Assembly (NCBI RefSeq): GCF_902459465.1 | Contig: NC_047064.1 | Span: 5,208,001-5,272,000 of the forward strand | From: Asterias rubens | Lineage: Eukaryota | Direction: 5' to 3' | Length of the DNA: 64,000 bases | In this document: piece after piece, positions 40,601 through 49,811 of the stretch | How positions within the stretch are numbered: position 1 is the first letter of the stretch | Layout of the letters: the number at the start of each line of letters is the position of its first letter | The notes under the pieces: model-generated | Told to the model about the DNA's origin: nothing | Databases searched by the model: none | The model's input: only the letters and a program-made list of their open reading frames with translations | Program-made: the position numbers and the translations under genes

Positions 40601-43076
40601 CGTGTGCTACTGCAGAAGACGCAGCAACAAAGCACCCAAAACGTAGGTCTTTTTACTGAATATGTGGATGTTCATGAGCAGAGTTCAGTCAGTATAGTTC
40701 AATGTTTCGGCAGATTTTAAAGGCAAAGTATACCTTTTGTTTTTTGGGGGAAAGGCTGATTGTTTTAATCCTGTATAAAATGTAGATGTTCAGAATAAAA
40801 TTAACATCTAAAAACTTAATCCGTGGTATGAATACACGCTTCTCAGATTCAAAATTGTGGGCATAAAAATTGTTATCTTTTACATAAACACATTACTTCA
40901 AAGTGAAATGGTCTTCAAAAAGCTTTTTACTATCACATGCTGCTTTTGGCTTCTACGTAAGTAAAGGTTTTACCAGGAGACTTTTGAGACGCTGGCGGCA
41001 GCAGACATAACAGTTTTTTTTTTGCGGCTATGAGCATGCAAGCTCAGTATTGCTCGCATAGGTCTGAGCATGCGCAAAACTGTGAAAAAGGAACGTCTAA
41101 AAGTCTCCCATTTTTAAAGTTTTGTTTATGCAAGTCGCCAGACACACAAGGCCTGAAGGTCACTTCCAAGGTGTGGGCTACAATTATTTTTTTGAATTTC
41201 CATCCCTTTTTCAGAGTGAATACCAAACGTACAATAGTATCCCTCCCTTTAACATAGTGTTTTTGTTTGTATCAGGGTTGTCAATGATATGGAGGAGTAT
41301 GCCGATATTGATGATATAAGAACAATGAGGAGCCAGGGTAAGTAGTAATTGAAGTGAAGATAGTTTTTCTCTAAACAATTTTGTTGGTTCAGCATTCTCC
41401 TGAAGACGATCAGATCATACTGAGCGAAACGTTGAGTCGTTACCCACCGGTTCATATCAGAATGAAAGTTACTCAAAATAGATATTCACATGGTGTTACA
41501 GCAAACCTCTCTTAGGAAAACAGTTACCATGCTGGCCATCGGTAAAAATATACTCGGTCCCCTAAGTAGATATTCACTACAGATTTCATTTTTCACTTAT
41601 TCACATGGTGTTACAGCAAACAGTTATATGCTGGCCATCAGTAAGAAAAGACTCAGTTCCCCACGAAGACATTCACAACAGATTTCTTTTTTCTTTTATT
41701 GATTCTGGTTGTTAAGCCAAGGAATCTCATGAAAGCAAAACTTAATCACTAAACTAGCCAAGAACCCCATGAAGAGAAGTTTTTTGGCGTAGGAAGAAAA
41801 CCCTGGATAATTATTCCAGGGAAAACCCACCCAGTTAGGCAGGGACTGAAAACCCAATGATATTTGTCCTACTTTAGTCTGATTTCTGATTTTGTTTCCA
41901 CTTTGGAAAAATTAGAAAAGTTGTGATTAAATAGCCTGCTGAAAAGTCTATTTAAAGCCTGCAACATGTGTGCATATAGGTCAGCCCTTGTACTTGATAA
42001 AATGTTCCTACTTAAAGACCAAATATGACGCCCGATATTAATTTATTCTTATTTATTTTCGTGTAGCTTCCATGATGAGTCGGCAGAATTTGATTTCAAA
42101 CGAAGGGTTGAACCACCTACCTTGCGGACACAGGCATTTCAACAACGAGATGTACGGGATGAATGCCATTGGCAATGGCCATAGCATATCGACACAGCAA
42201 CAAGCACCAGAGCTGCCTGGCAATCATCCCCCTCCATCCGTCCCACCCCCAGTGCCATCACAGTATCAAGGGCTGAACCGTGGTCCTTTGAGGTCTCAGA
42301 GTGCTATGGGGAACGGAGCCTGCCCACACTGCCATCAAAAGAGTGTCGCTGATAGGAGTGCCACTGCACCACTCATGGATCGCCCGACAGGGCTCGACAT
42401 TTCTGGCAGCGTGGAGGGTGCACGGAACCCGTACATGGCATTGATCAAGACCAACACGTGCCCAACGCCTGGGACGCCACCTGCACCTACCGTGTGCGAT
42501 TGCCACTCCAAGCCGCTCAGTGAGTGTAGCAGTGTCTCTGGGAGTCTCCACTCCGACCCGCAGCGTAATTCGACACACGCGGGTGATCTCCTCAATGAAA
42601 CAATCCAAGAAGCTGACCCCGAATGCCAGGGAGGAAACGAAGATGCACCGGAAGAAGACCCGTACTATTTCAAGATGCAGACAGCTGCGAAAGAGCCAGA
42701 GCCAGAGGAGGTTTCACCACCACAAAGTCCACGATACTTCAAGTTAGAGGATGCAGAAACCATACCGTTAGATGGTGAAAATACACCGATGCTTTATGCA
42801 CCTGATAGCAATGGGAATAGTGTGCGTACAAAGACATTACCTGCAAACTCTGTAGACTCTTCTATAGAGCCGAGCAGTAGGACTGAAAGCTTACCCCTGG
42901 CATCGTTGGCGGACACCCAGCCCAGATCACCAACTGCTGGTGATAGCCCAGTACAATCTCCTGTAAGCCCAGATCTTGCCATGCAGCAGAACGGGATGTC
43001 CAGATCCGTGGAAGGGCTCCCCAATGGAGATTACATGCATCTAGTGAAAGGATCATCAAAGGTCACCAGTGTTTAA
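16530..43076 (+). CDS. Gene B: complete 7-exon gene for an uncharacterised type I transmembrane receptor/adaptor-like protein (583 aa)
   Basis: Exons 16530-16666, 37444-37526, 38332-38551, 39082-39194, 40516-40642, 41276-41337 and 42067-43076 total 1752 nt. Every junction phase matches (2,1,2,1,2,1) and there are no internal stops. Signal peptide, 12 Cys, stalk, TM VIIIAVATGGGVLAIVLFIGCLVCYC then RRR, Tyr motifs, ends KVTSV*. Confidence 0.85.
22790..23020 (+). mobile_element. Degenerate tRNA-derived SINE of a second family
   Basis: A-box-like head, gcgctcgcctctcacca, ccggttttcctccc core; B-box region deleted. Confidence 0.45.
23555..24301. mobile_element. Fold-back TTAA-flanked Kolobok-like MITE (family K2) hosting a hAT MITE
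   Basis: Arms 23559-23743 and 24119-24297 are reverse complements; TTAA|AG...CT|TTAA termini. Confidence 0.8.
23752..24110. mobile_element. 359-bp hAT-superfamily MITE
   Basis: 18-bp perfect TIR TAAGCTTGGGCGATATCG and exact 8-bp TSD GTCTCATG (23744-23751, 24111-24118); subterminal cgatat repeats. Confidence 0.9.
24451..24819. repeat. 126-bp x ~2.9 tandem repeat
   Basis: Units start at 24451, 24577 and 24703; nearly identical. Confidence 0.95.
27200..27575 (-). mobile_element. L2/Daphne-type LINE 3' fragment
   Basis: LFVIPPVMTKSYGERSFVHTASTLWNNLP...FKIALKTHLF* followed by gcgctatataagaat and a (TAT)-rich tail. Confidence 0.85.
29302..29524. mobile_element. ~220-bp MITE; relative at ~61898-62020
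   Basis: TIR cctttttgaggtatggcggac / gtccgccatatctcaaaaagg. Confidence 0.75.
31800..32133. mobile_element. Kolobok-like MITE family K1 (diverged)
   Basis: TTAA-flanked, same internal sequence. Confidence 0.75.
34838..35190. mobile_element. Fold-back TTAA-start MITE, right end eroded
   Basis: ttaaaggaacacgttgccttggatcgg; aaagcgtttg/caaacgcttt and aaatgcatatg/catatgcattt inverted pairs. Confidence 0.6.
37444..37526 (+). CDS. Gene B exon 2 (NCGHRQLTELQQDLDDCKFFRDSTDYR)
   Basis: Acceptor ctaattggtgcag, donor T|GTAAGT, 83 nt, phase 2-1. Confidence 0.75.
38214..38349 (+). repeat. Perfect 45-bp x3 tandem repeat spanning a 3' splice site
   Basis: Unit cagctttgttatctctccccttattcagatgccactaattgtccg. 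Confidence 0.97.
38332..38551 (+). CDS. Gene B exon 3 (Cys-rich; alternative in-frame starts at 38242 and 38287)
   Basis: Acceptor tctctccccttattcag present three times; donor AC|GTAAGT; YATNCPPGVGKGLTKVCMCKESNGACWSC...CPSCLCS. Confidence 0.8.
39082..39194 (+). CDS. Gene B exon 4 (Thr/Pro-rich stalk)
   Basis: Acceptor ccttctttttcag, donor G|GTATAC; NAPTTRPTTPR...SMTTVA. Confidence 0.85.
39281..39667. mobile_element. Kolobok-like MITE family K1
   Basis: TTAA|AGGCAGTGGACACTATTGG...GTGTCCACTGCCT|TTAA. Confidence 0.85.
40516..40642 (+). CDS. Gene B exon 5 (transmembrane helix plus RRR stop-transfer)
   Basis: Acceptor tttgtacccaccag, donor AC|GTAGGT; GRGQPNEVIIIAVATGGGVLAIVLFIGCLVCYCRRRSNKAPK. 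Confidence 0.9.
41276..41337 (+). CDS. Gene B exon 6 (VVNDMEEYADIDDIRTMRSQ)
   Basis: Acceptor ttttgtttgtatcag, donor G|GTAAGT, 62 nt, phase 2-1. Confidence 0.85.
42067..43076 (+). CDS. Gene B terminal coding exon (disordered cytoplasmic tail ending KVTSV*)
   Basis: Acceptor ttattttcgtgtag; in frame with track ORF 42072..43076 (334 aa); raised GC. Confidence 0.9.
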
Positions 43077-44998
43077 AGAGTCTCAATTAATGAAAAAACA
43101 GGGAAATGTAAATAATTATTCCAGTGAAATATTTTAGAAAGGTTTGGTGTGAAGATGACCCACTAAGATCGTAGGCATTTGAAAAGAAATGCACCAAGAA
43201 AGGCAGAGGATCTGAAAGTTTATTAGAGGATACTTGAGTAGCTTTTTCACATACAAGAACTTCAGTTCACATTCTCTGTATAACTCGCCTGGCCTCGATT
43301 TTACAAAACAGTTAGATTTATCTTAAGATGGGTTAACAGTGACTCTACACTGAAACTTCTCAACTCCCAAATAGGCCAACAATGACTAGTGTTTAGACCA
43401 TTAAGTCCTCACTCCGTGGTAGTGAAGTTAATGACGAGAAGTCCCGCTTGTGTCAATTTGTCTTTGTTCAACCCAAATTACTAAAGATTCTGAAAAAGTA
43501 AATATGCTTTGTTTCTCAGTATAAAGAAGAAATAATATGTTGTCTGGATGTGTACAAGTGCATTACAGCAAGGAAGGTAGTTGTTTCACTTAAAGACTAA
43601 CTAATTAAATTCACTAATTAAAACTGTGTGAGCTTTCGTAGCAACAGCTACTTCATTGTTGCTGCAAAAGCTCATGCAGTGTTTTTTTTATGTAATTAGT
43701 CAGTTAAGTGCTACCACTACCTAACTGTTTGATCTACATGACTATCACAGCCTTTTTTTTAGTAATTAAATTGAATTATGTGGCTCAAGTTACAAGTACA
43801 TTCAACAAGTACATTTTATTGTGGCGAAGTATTCGCTGCAAAAGTGAAAAAGTTTTCTTCTTTTAAATAAAATGTGGATACATGTATGCAGTTAAAAAGT
43901 ACTACACACACAAATGGTTCGTCATGTTTTTTTTCACCTAAGCAATGATGAGCTTGAAGTGCACTTTTTGGTCTCCAAGTAAACCCCTTTAATTTTCTGG
44001 TTTTTTCAAGAAGATTTTCTTGGTTGAAATTAATTCTGTAAATCTGATAATGAAAAGGATACCTGCATTGGTTCGTCTGCTGAAGAGTGGAACATTTGGT
44101 TCGCTTTTGATTTATCACTAAATTTTTATTCTTATCAAGTTTTCAATGAACTTTGGATCAGACTATTTATCTTGAATGTAAATTCAGCATATTTTTAATT
44201 TGTGTGTGTATAGTTTGCTTTTCACATGTAATTATGTACATATTTCTATAAGTGTGGGGCAATATGGTGAAGCACATTTTGTGTCTGAAAAGGAATGTTA
44301 ACATTCATTTTGATAAAATTTTAAACTTGATTAAGAATGGAATTTCTACACCCAAGCTTGTACTCAAAGGTTAAATAGGTCAAAGTGAAGTTATAAACAA
44401 ATAACAAATGTATAAGTTATCTTTACTGGTTTGAGATAATTGTTGTGCTGTTCTGCTGTTAAAATGCAATAGTTAAATTATAATAGTTGTTACAAAACAA
44501 AAAAAATCTGTTTCATTACATTTTCAATTTCAACCGATATTACTACATACTTAAGTATGATTATTTGTAATTTTATTAACAATTTTCAAATTGTTCAGGT
44601 TCATCATGGAGGTACAGTGATATTTAATAATAATAGTGGCAATTTATAATGCGCCATATATACGTTCACTCAGTCGATTATAATATTCTGTTATTGGAGA
44701 TGGCTCAGAATTTAGACTTCTCTTTAGGAATGATTTCCGATCGTGCCATCACTTTGTCACTAATTCTTACCAAAAGGAATATTTTGTTTCAGGAAATAAG
44801 ATAATAATTTATTTCACTGCGATTGAAGAAGTGGTGGCAGGATACGGACCCCACTTTACTCTGTAGTTCTTAGTTAAACCTTACCTTAACCAGCCAAAAT
44901 GCATGTCCCAAATTCACACGGTCGGCACACTAAGGATTCCGGGTGAAATCCAAGACCAAAAGCAACATCGTCAACCATCATGGCGCGCTTATTTTGAA

Positions 44999-45066
44999 GC
45001 AGTTGTCCGAACGGTCGAGTTGTCCGAACGGTCGAGTTGTCTGAACGGCCGAGTTGTCCGAACGTT
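44999..45066. repeat. 17-bp x4 tandem repeat
   Basis: gagttgtccgaacggtc. Confidence 0.9.
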
Positions 45067-45928
45067 CTGATTCCATAGAACATATCGACCGACAGAATGG
45101 TACCCACCGTTTCTGTCTTTGGACAATTCAACCGAAACAGTATAACTGGTTACGACCGCCGAAAACGTACCCGTGTATTCATCGTGGCAACCGTTTTCCC
45201 AAGTTGCATTGCGGTACATTTTTTAAGATGGTGATTGTGCACGTGGGACAGACGCGTGAAACGGGTATTGAGCAAAAGAAAAGAAAAAAGGAAGCAATAA
45301 TCATGAATAAGCACTAGTCATAACTATGACTTTACATTTGCCTCTGCTATCAATCATACAAATTGTACCAATGAAGTCATGGTTTTTGACATACACAAGT
45401 CATTTTGTAAGTAGGCCTAAACTAAATGTTAGTTATGAGTTGTACCAAAAGTCGTAACTATTACATTTTAAATATTGCTGTTTTCATTATCAATGTCCTT
45501 TTAACGCTTCCGTTATATGGGCTATTTACTCATTTTGGCACAGAGGCAAAGAACTTTCATTTTGTTTGTAAATTTTTATTTATAAAAAAATGCAATTTAA
45601 TTTTTACTGTAAATAATATTGTAAATAATTACCCTAAAAAATGTCATGGGTATTTGTCATGTGTTTCCAAATTGCAAATGCTTTACTACTAATCATAATT
45701 TTTATTCATGGCGTTTGCTGCCTGCTGATTAGTATTGTAGTCATGTGACTTTGTATTTCTCAGTGTTTCTTTCATCCTAAATAATTTTAATTGTTGTTCA
45801 AAACGTTACTGCATGAAATAAAACTAGTTAACCTTGAAAAGAAGTACTGTAAACGAGAAGCAAATTTGTTTGGGGTTTTATTTCCCATAGTCGAGTCATA
45901 TTGCTGTGTTATAACTCATGAAGAGAGC

Positions 45929-46174
45929 TGGGGCCAATTTCATAGAGCTGCTTAAGCAAAAAATTCGCTTAAGCACGAAAATATCTCGCTTATTTTACAC
46001 ATGTTACTGGCCAAAATTTCATGCCATACACATTGCTTGTGACTGGTATTTAGCTGTTGTTTACTTGGCACGAAAATTGAGTTGAGTCTTGACCAATAAT
46101 CTGATTTTACTAGGCAATGATTTTTTCGTATAAGCAAAATGTTGTGCTTAAGCAGCTCTATGAAATTGGGCCCT
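45929..46174. mobile_element. GGGCCCAATTTCAT-type MITE, complete
   Basis: ggggccaatttcatagagctgcttaagca / tgcttaagcagctctatgaaattgggccc. Confidence 0.8.
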
Positions 46175-46268
46175 GGGGTAGGGGTGGAGATAGACTTGAC
46201 TCAAGTCCCAATCCCGTGCCAATCTCAGAAAAGTATTGTTTTGTGATGTTCTGCATTCCCAAACCAGG

Positions 46269-46393
46269 AGCCGATTTCACGAACCTTTACGCAACTGCGT
46301 AAGTCCACTTGCGCAACGTTTACGGCGTAAGTTGCGCTATAAACGTTGCGCAAGTGGACTTACGCAGTTGCGTAAAGTTTCGTGAAATCGGCT
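46269..46393. mobile_element. 125-bp near-perfect hairpin MITE
   Basis: agccgatttcacgaa...ttcgtgaaatcggct, palindromic through to the centre. Confidence 0.8.
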
Positions 46394-46533
46394 GCAGTTC
46401 CGCACGGGACCACAATAGCTAAACTTTGACGGCAGTGGGTATGCTTTGACCTTCCGCACAGGAACGGGACATGAATTAAGTGTAGGTTGGAGACAGCACC
46501 GAAACTAGATTCAAACTAATATTAGGGTCAGAA

Positions 46534-46895
46534 GGGGTGTCGTGGCCGAGCGGATAAGAGCACCGAATTCAAGCTCTGATGCTTCTGTTCAGCAGAGTGT
46601 GGGTTCGAATCCCGGTCGTGACACTTGTGTCCCTGAGCAAGACACTTAACTATAATTGCTTCTCTCCACCCAGGGGTAAATGGGTACCTGTGAGGGCAGA
46701 GATGGTTCTTGTGATTGATTTAGCCGAGTAGCGCATATTAATGTTGCACAGGCTGCATACTCCCCACCAGGGAGCTGAGATGGTTTAAGGAGTGAAAGGC
46801 CCAGTGACCAGGGGTAATAATGTGAAGCGCTTTGGGACGTCCTCCGGGTGTGAAAAGCGCTATATAAAAACGGGTTATTATTATTATTATTATTA
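46534..46895 (+). mobile_element. Full-length tRNA-derived SINE with L2-like tail
   Basis: A-box gtggccgagcgg, B-box ggttcgaatccc, core gacacttgtgtccctgagcaagacacttaac, 3' gcgctatataa + (TAT)n. Confidence 0.85.
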
Positions 46896-47442
46896 CATAA
46901 TGTAAAGTTGTTTCTTTGTGCATTTCTTAAAATAGTCCTCTTTCGGCGCTCTTGTCGTGCCATGAACCTAATTCGATATCAATAGTAGAACATTAGAGCT
47001 AACGCTCAAGAAATCACTCACTCACTTGATAAGCACTTTAAATTGTGAATGCAAAATGGAATAGAACACTCAAAACAACGTTATGGAATGCTTACGAATT
47101 CAACTATTACATGTTGCACACTAAACCCTAAAGGGATTAATCACTAATGGGCATAATTTGCACTGGCCTAATGCGAAGGTCAGGATGGCATCTTAAACTA
47201 TTGGTTCTTTGGCAAATAAGATTACAACATTTGCTCTACAACTCAGCCATGATTCGTTTTAAGGAACCAATAAGGAAATAGTGTAGGCTCTATTTTGAAT
47301 CTCCAGTTAAATATTATCTTTACAAGTCAACTGCATTTTTAATCTCATCTGTTGTTTCAATACAGGCATTGCGGAAGGCGTCTATCAAACTTCCTTCCGC
47401 AACTTCATACCATAACTTACAACAACAAGATAACTACACACG

Positions 47443-47878
47443 TTTAAAGGCAAAGTTTACCTTTGGTTTTGGTTACCGTTCGATTGTTTTAATCCTACAC
47501 AATGTAGATGTATAACACAATAAAACTACCATAACGTCACAATTTCATTTCAACAGGTGGTCGCATTTTTGTTGGTTTGATATCGCTGAAAATCCAGTGG
47601 GAAAATATCCACATATCTACACAGGAAGAATAATTTTTTATATGAATATACAGTCTGAGAAGTGTTACCTTTTCTTATTAGATTATACTATCTGAAAAGT
47701 GTCAATTCAGATTCAACATTATGAGTTATAAAAACTGACATCTTTTTAAATAACCACATTACTTCGAAGTGAAGTGTTTCTGAAAATGCTTTATACTACC
47801 GAAAGCTGTTTTAGGCTTCTAACATATAATTTCCATTAATTTTAAGAGTGTTACCAATTGTTTTTACCTTCCCTTTAA
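47443..47878. mobile_element. TTAA-flanked Kolobok-like MITE (family K3); fragments at ~37690-38100 and ~40718-40990
   Basis: ttaaaggcaaagtttacc...ttaccttccctttaa; shared ttaatcctacaca and acattacttc motifs. Confidence 0.6.
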
Positions 47879-48279
47879 GTTTGTGCACAACATCGGTAGG
47901 AATGAAAACATAAAATAATGTTTATAATTATGCACATAACTTGCATGGTATCATATTGCTCACGTTGGAACTTCCCTTGAAACAATATTTGTGGTTAGTC
48001 AAATCTACATTTGTGTTTTAAATTAGTAAAATAGTTTTGAGACCAAAGCTCAAAGTTTGTGAAACCAAATTCTCAAATAGATAATATATGGGAGTTTGTC
48101 CTCATTGTTCTGGGAAAAAAAAAACGATAACCAGTGAAATTAAAAAACGGAGTATTGCTTGCCGAAAAATGAGGAGACACGTTGAATAAATTGATACTTG
48201 CCAGATATTGTTAAGCTTCTGGCAGGTATGCTTTTGTTTTAGCTTGCTAGATTTTTTTTTTTTCATTTTGCAACAATAT

Positions 48280-48771
48280 TAGCTGCACGTTCCGCGTGAA
48301 CGTAAACGTCAGAAAATTGTGTGTTAAAATCTCACGTTTTTGGCATACGTGAAGTTACAATTTTTCACATCAGGTACGTATAAAAAACTGCGCGCAGACG
48401 CCATAAGTGAGCATGCAGTAAGCCCAAAGCGGCGACGTCACCCGTCAGAAACAACACAATATGTTGACGTTCACGTTCACGTATATAGGGAGGTTTAGTT
48501 GCACGTTACGCGAGCAAAAACGTGAACGCGAGACACATTAGGGAGGTTTAGTTGCACGTTACGTGAGCAAAAACGTGAACGCGAACGTCAGAAAATTATG
48601 TCGTTAAAATCTCACGTTTTTAGCATACGTGAAGTTACCATTTTCGATGTCAGGTACGTATGTGCAGACGTCACGTACGTGAGCTTGAAATAAGCCCTCT
48701 AGAAACGACACAATTTTCTGTCGTTCACGTTCACGTTTTGTGCTCGCGTAACGTGCAGCTAAACCTCGCTA
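48280..48771. mobile_element. Tandem Harbinger-like MITEs with a duplicated left terminus
   Basis: TIR tagggaggtttagttgcacgttacg / cgtaacgtgcagctaaacctcgcta; left end at 48487 and 48539; body repeated at 48280. Confidence 0.65.
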
Positions 48772-49017
48772 ATATATCCGTATATCAGGCCTTCATGTTT
48801 CTGTCTCCGAAGCCCAGGTCTTGGGTTCACTGCTTTCATACAGAGGGTTGTCTACTAAAGTGCCACCATATTCATTGTCTCCTTCTAATTGGATGTAATC
48901 GTTTGATCCCTCCTCGTTACGGTCGTTACTTGATAATATCTCTGACTCTAGCTTCAGTCCACTTGATGGGGTTCTGAAACGAACGGGAAACGCACTGAGA
49001 ATATATATTTACACAAA

Positions 49018-49405
49018 TTAAAAAGACACTGGACACTATTAGTAAATGTCACAGACCAGTCTTCTCATTTGGTGTATCTCAACATATGCATAACATAACT
49101 AACCTGTGAAAATTTGAGCTCAATCGGTCATCAAAGTTGCGAGATAATAATGAAAGAATAAACACCCTTGTTGCACGAAGTTGTGTGCTTTCAGATGCTT
49201 GATTTCGAGACCTCAAATTCTAAATATGAGGTCTTCAAATCAAATACGAGGAAAATTACTTCTTTCTCGAAAACTACTTCACTTCAGAGGGAGCCGTTTC
49301 TCACAATGTTTTTAATACCAACCTCTCCCCATAACTCGTTACCAAGTACGGTTTTATGCCAAAAATTAATTTTGAGTAATTACCAATAGTGTCCACTGCC
49401 GTTAA
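49018..49405. mobile_element. Kolobok-like MITE family K1
   Basis: Same termini and body. Confidence 0.85.
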
Positions 49406-49768
49406 GCCCATTTTACTATTCAATTAAATGAAATTCAATTAAATTCGATTCAATTCAATTCAATTCAATTTAAATACAAAATGGTTTATTTAAAACATGT
49501 ATCGCAGTTTAAAAAATAGTATTCTATATGTAAACATCATGTTAAAAGTATATCAAACAGAAATGAACAAAGGAAACAGGAACAACTCTATCTTAAATTT
49601 ACATCTTTATATATTGTAATTAATATGTTTTTAAATGATGTAATTACTGGTAAGTCAAAGCACTCGATAACGACAAACGCGTCTTTTACCTGTTTTTCTT
49701 CCGTTCACGGCAAAGTTTGACACACGAAAATCAATATAATATTCCTATTTTATTTCATTTAACTGTCT

Positions 49769-49811
49769 TTATTCTGAATCCAAGGACTCTCGGAAAGCGA
49801 ACTTTAAATCA
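49769..49811 (-). CDS. Gene C putative terminal coding exon (SDLKFAFRESLDSE*)
   Basis: Acceptor ggcttacag, phase 2 matches the TM exon; stop TAA at 49771-49769. First phase-compatible downstream exon found. Confidence 0.65.

Noticed and set aside
42258-43059. Several minus-strand ORFs over gene B's last exon
   Set aside because: Antisense shadows of a GC-rich coding exon.
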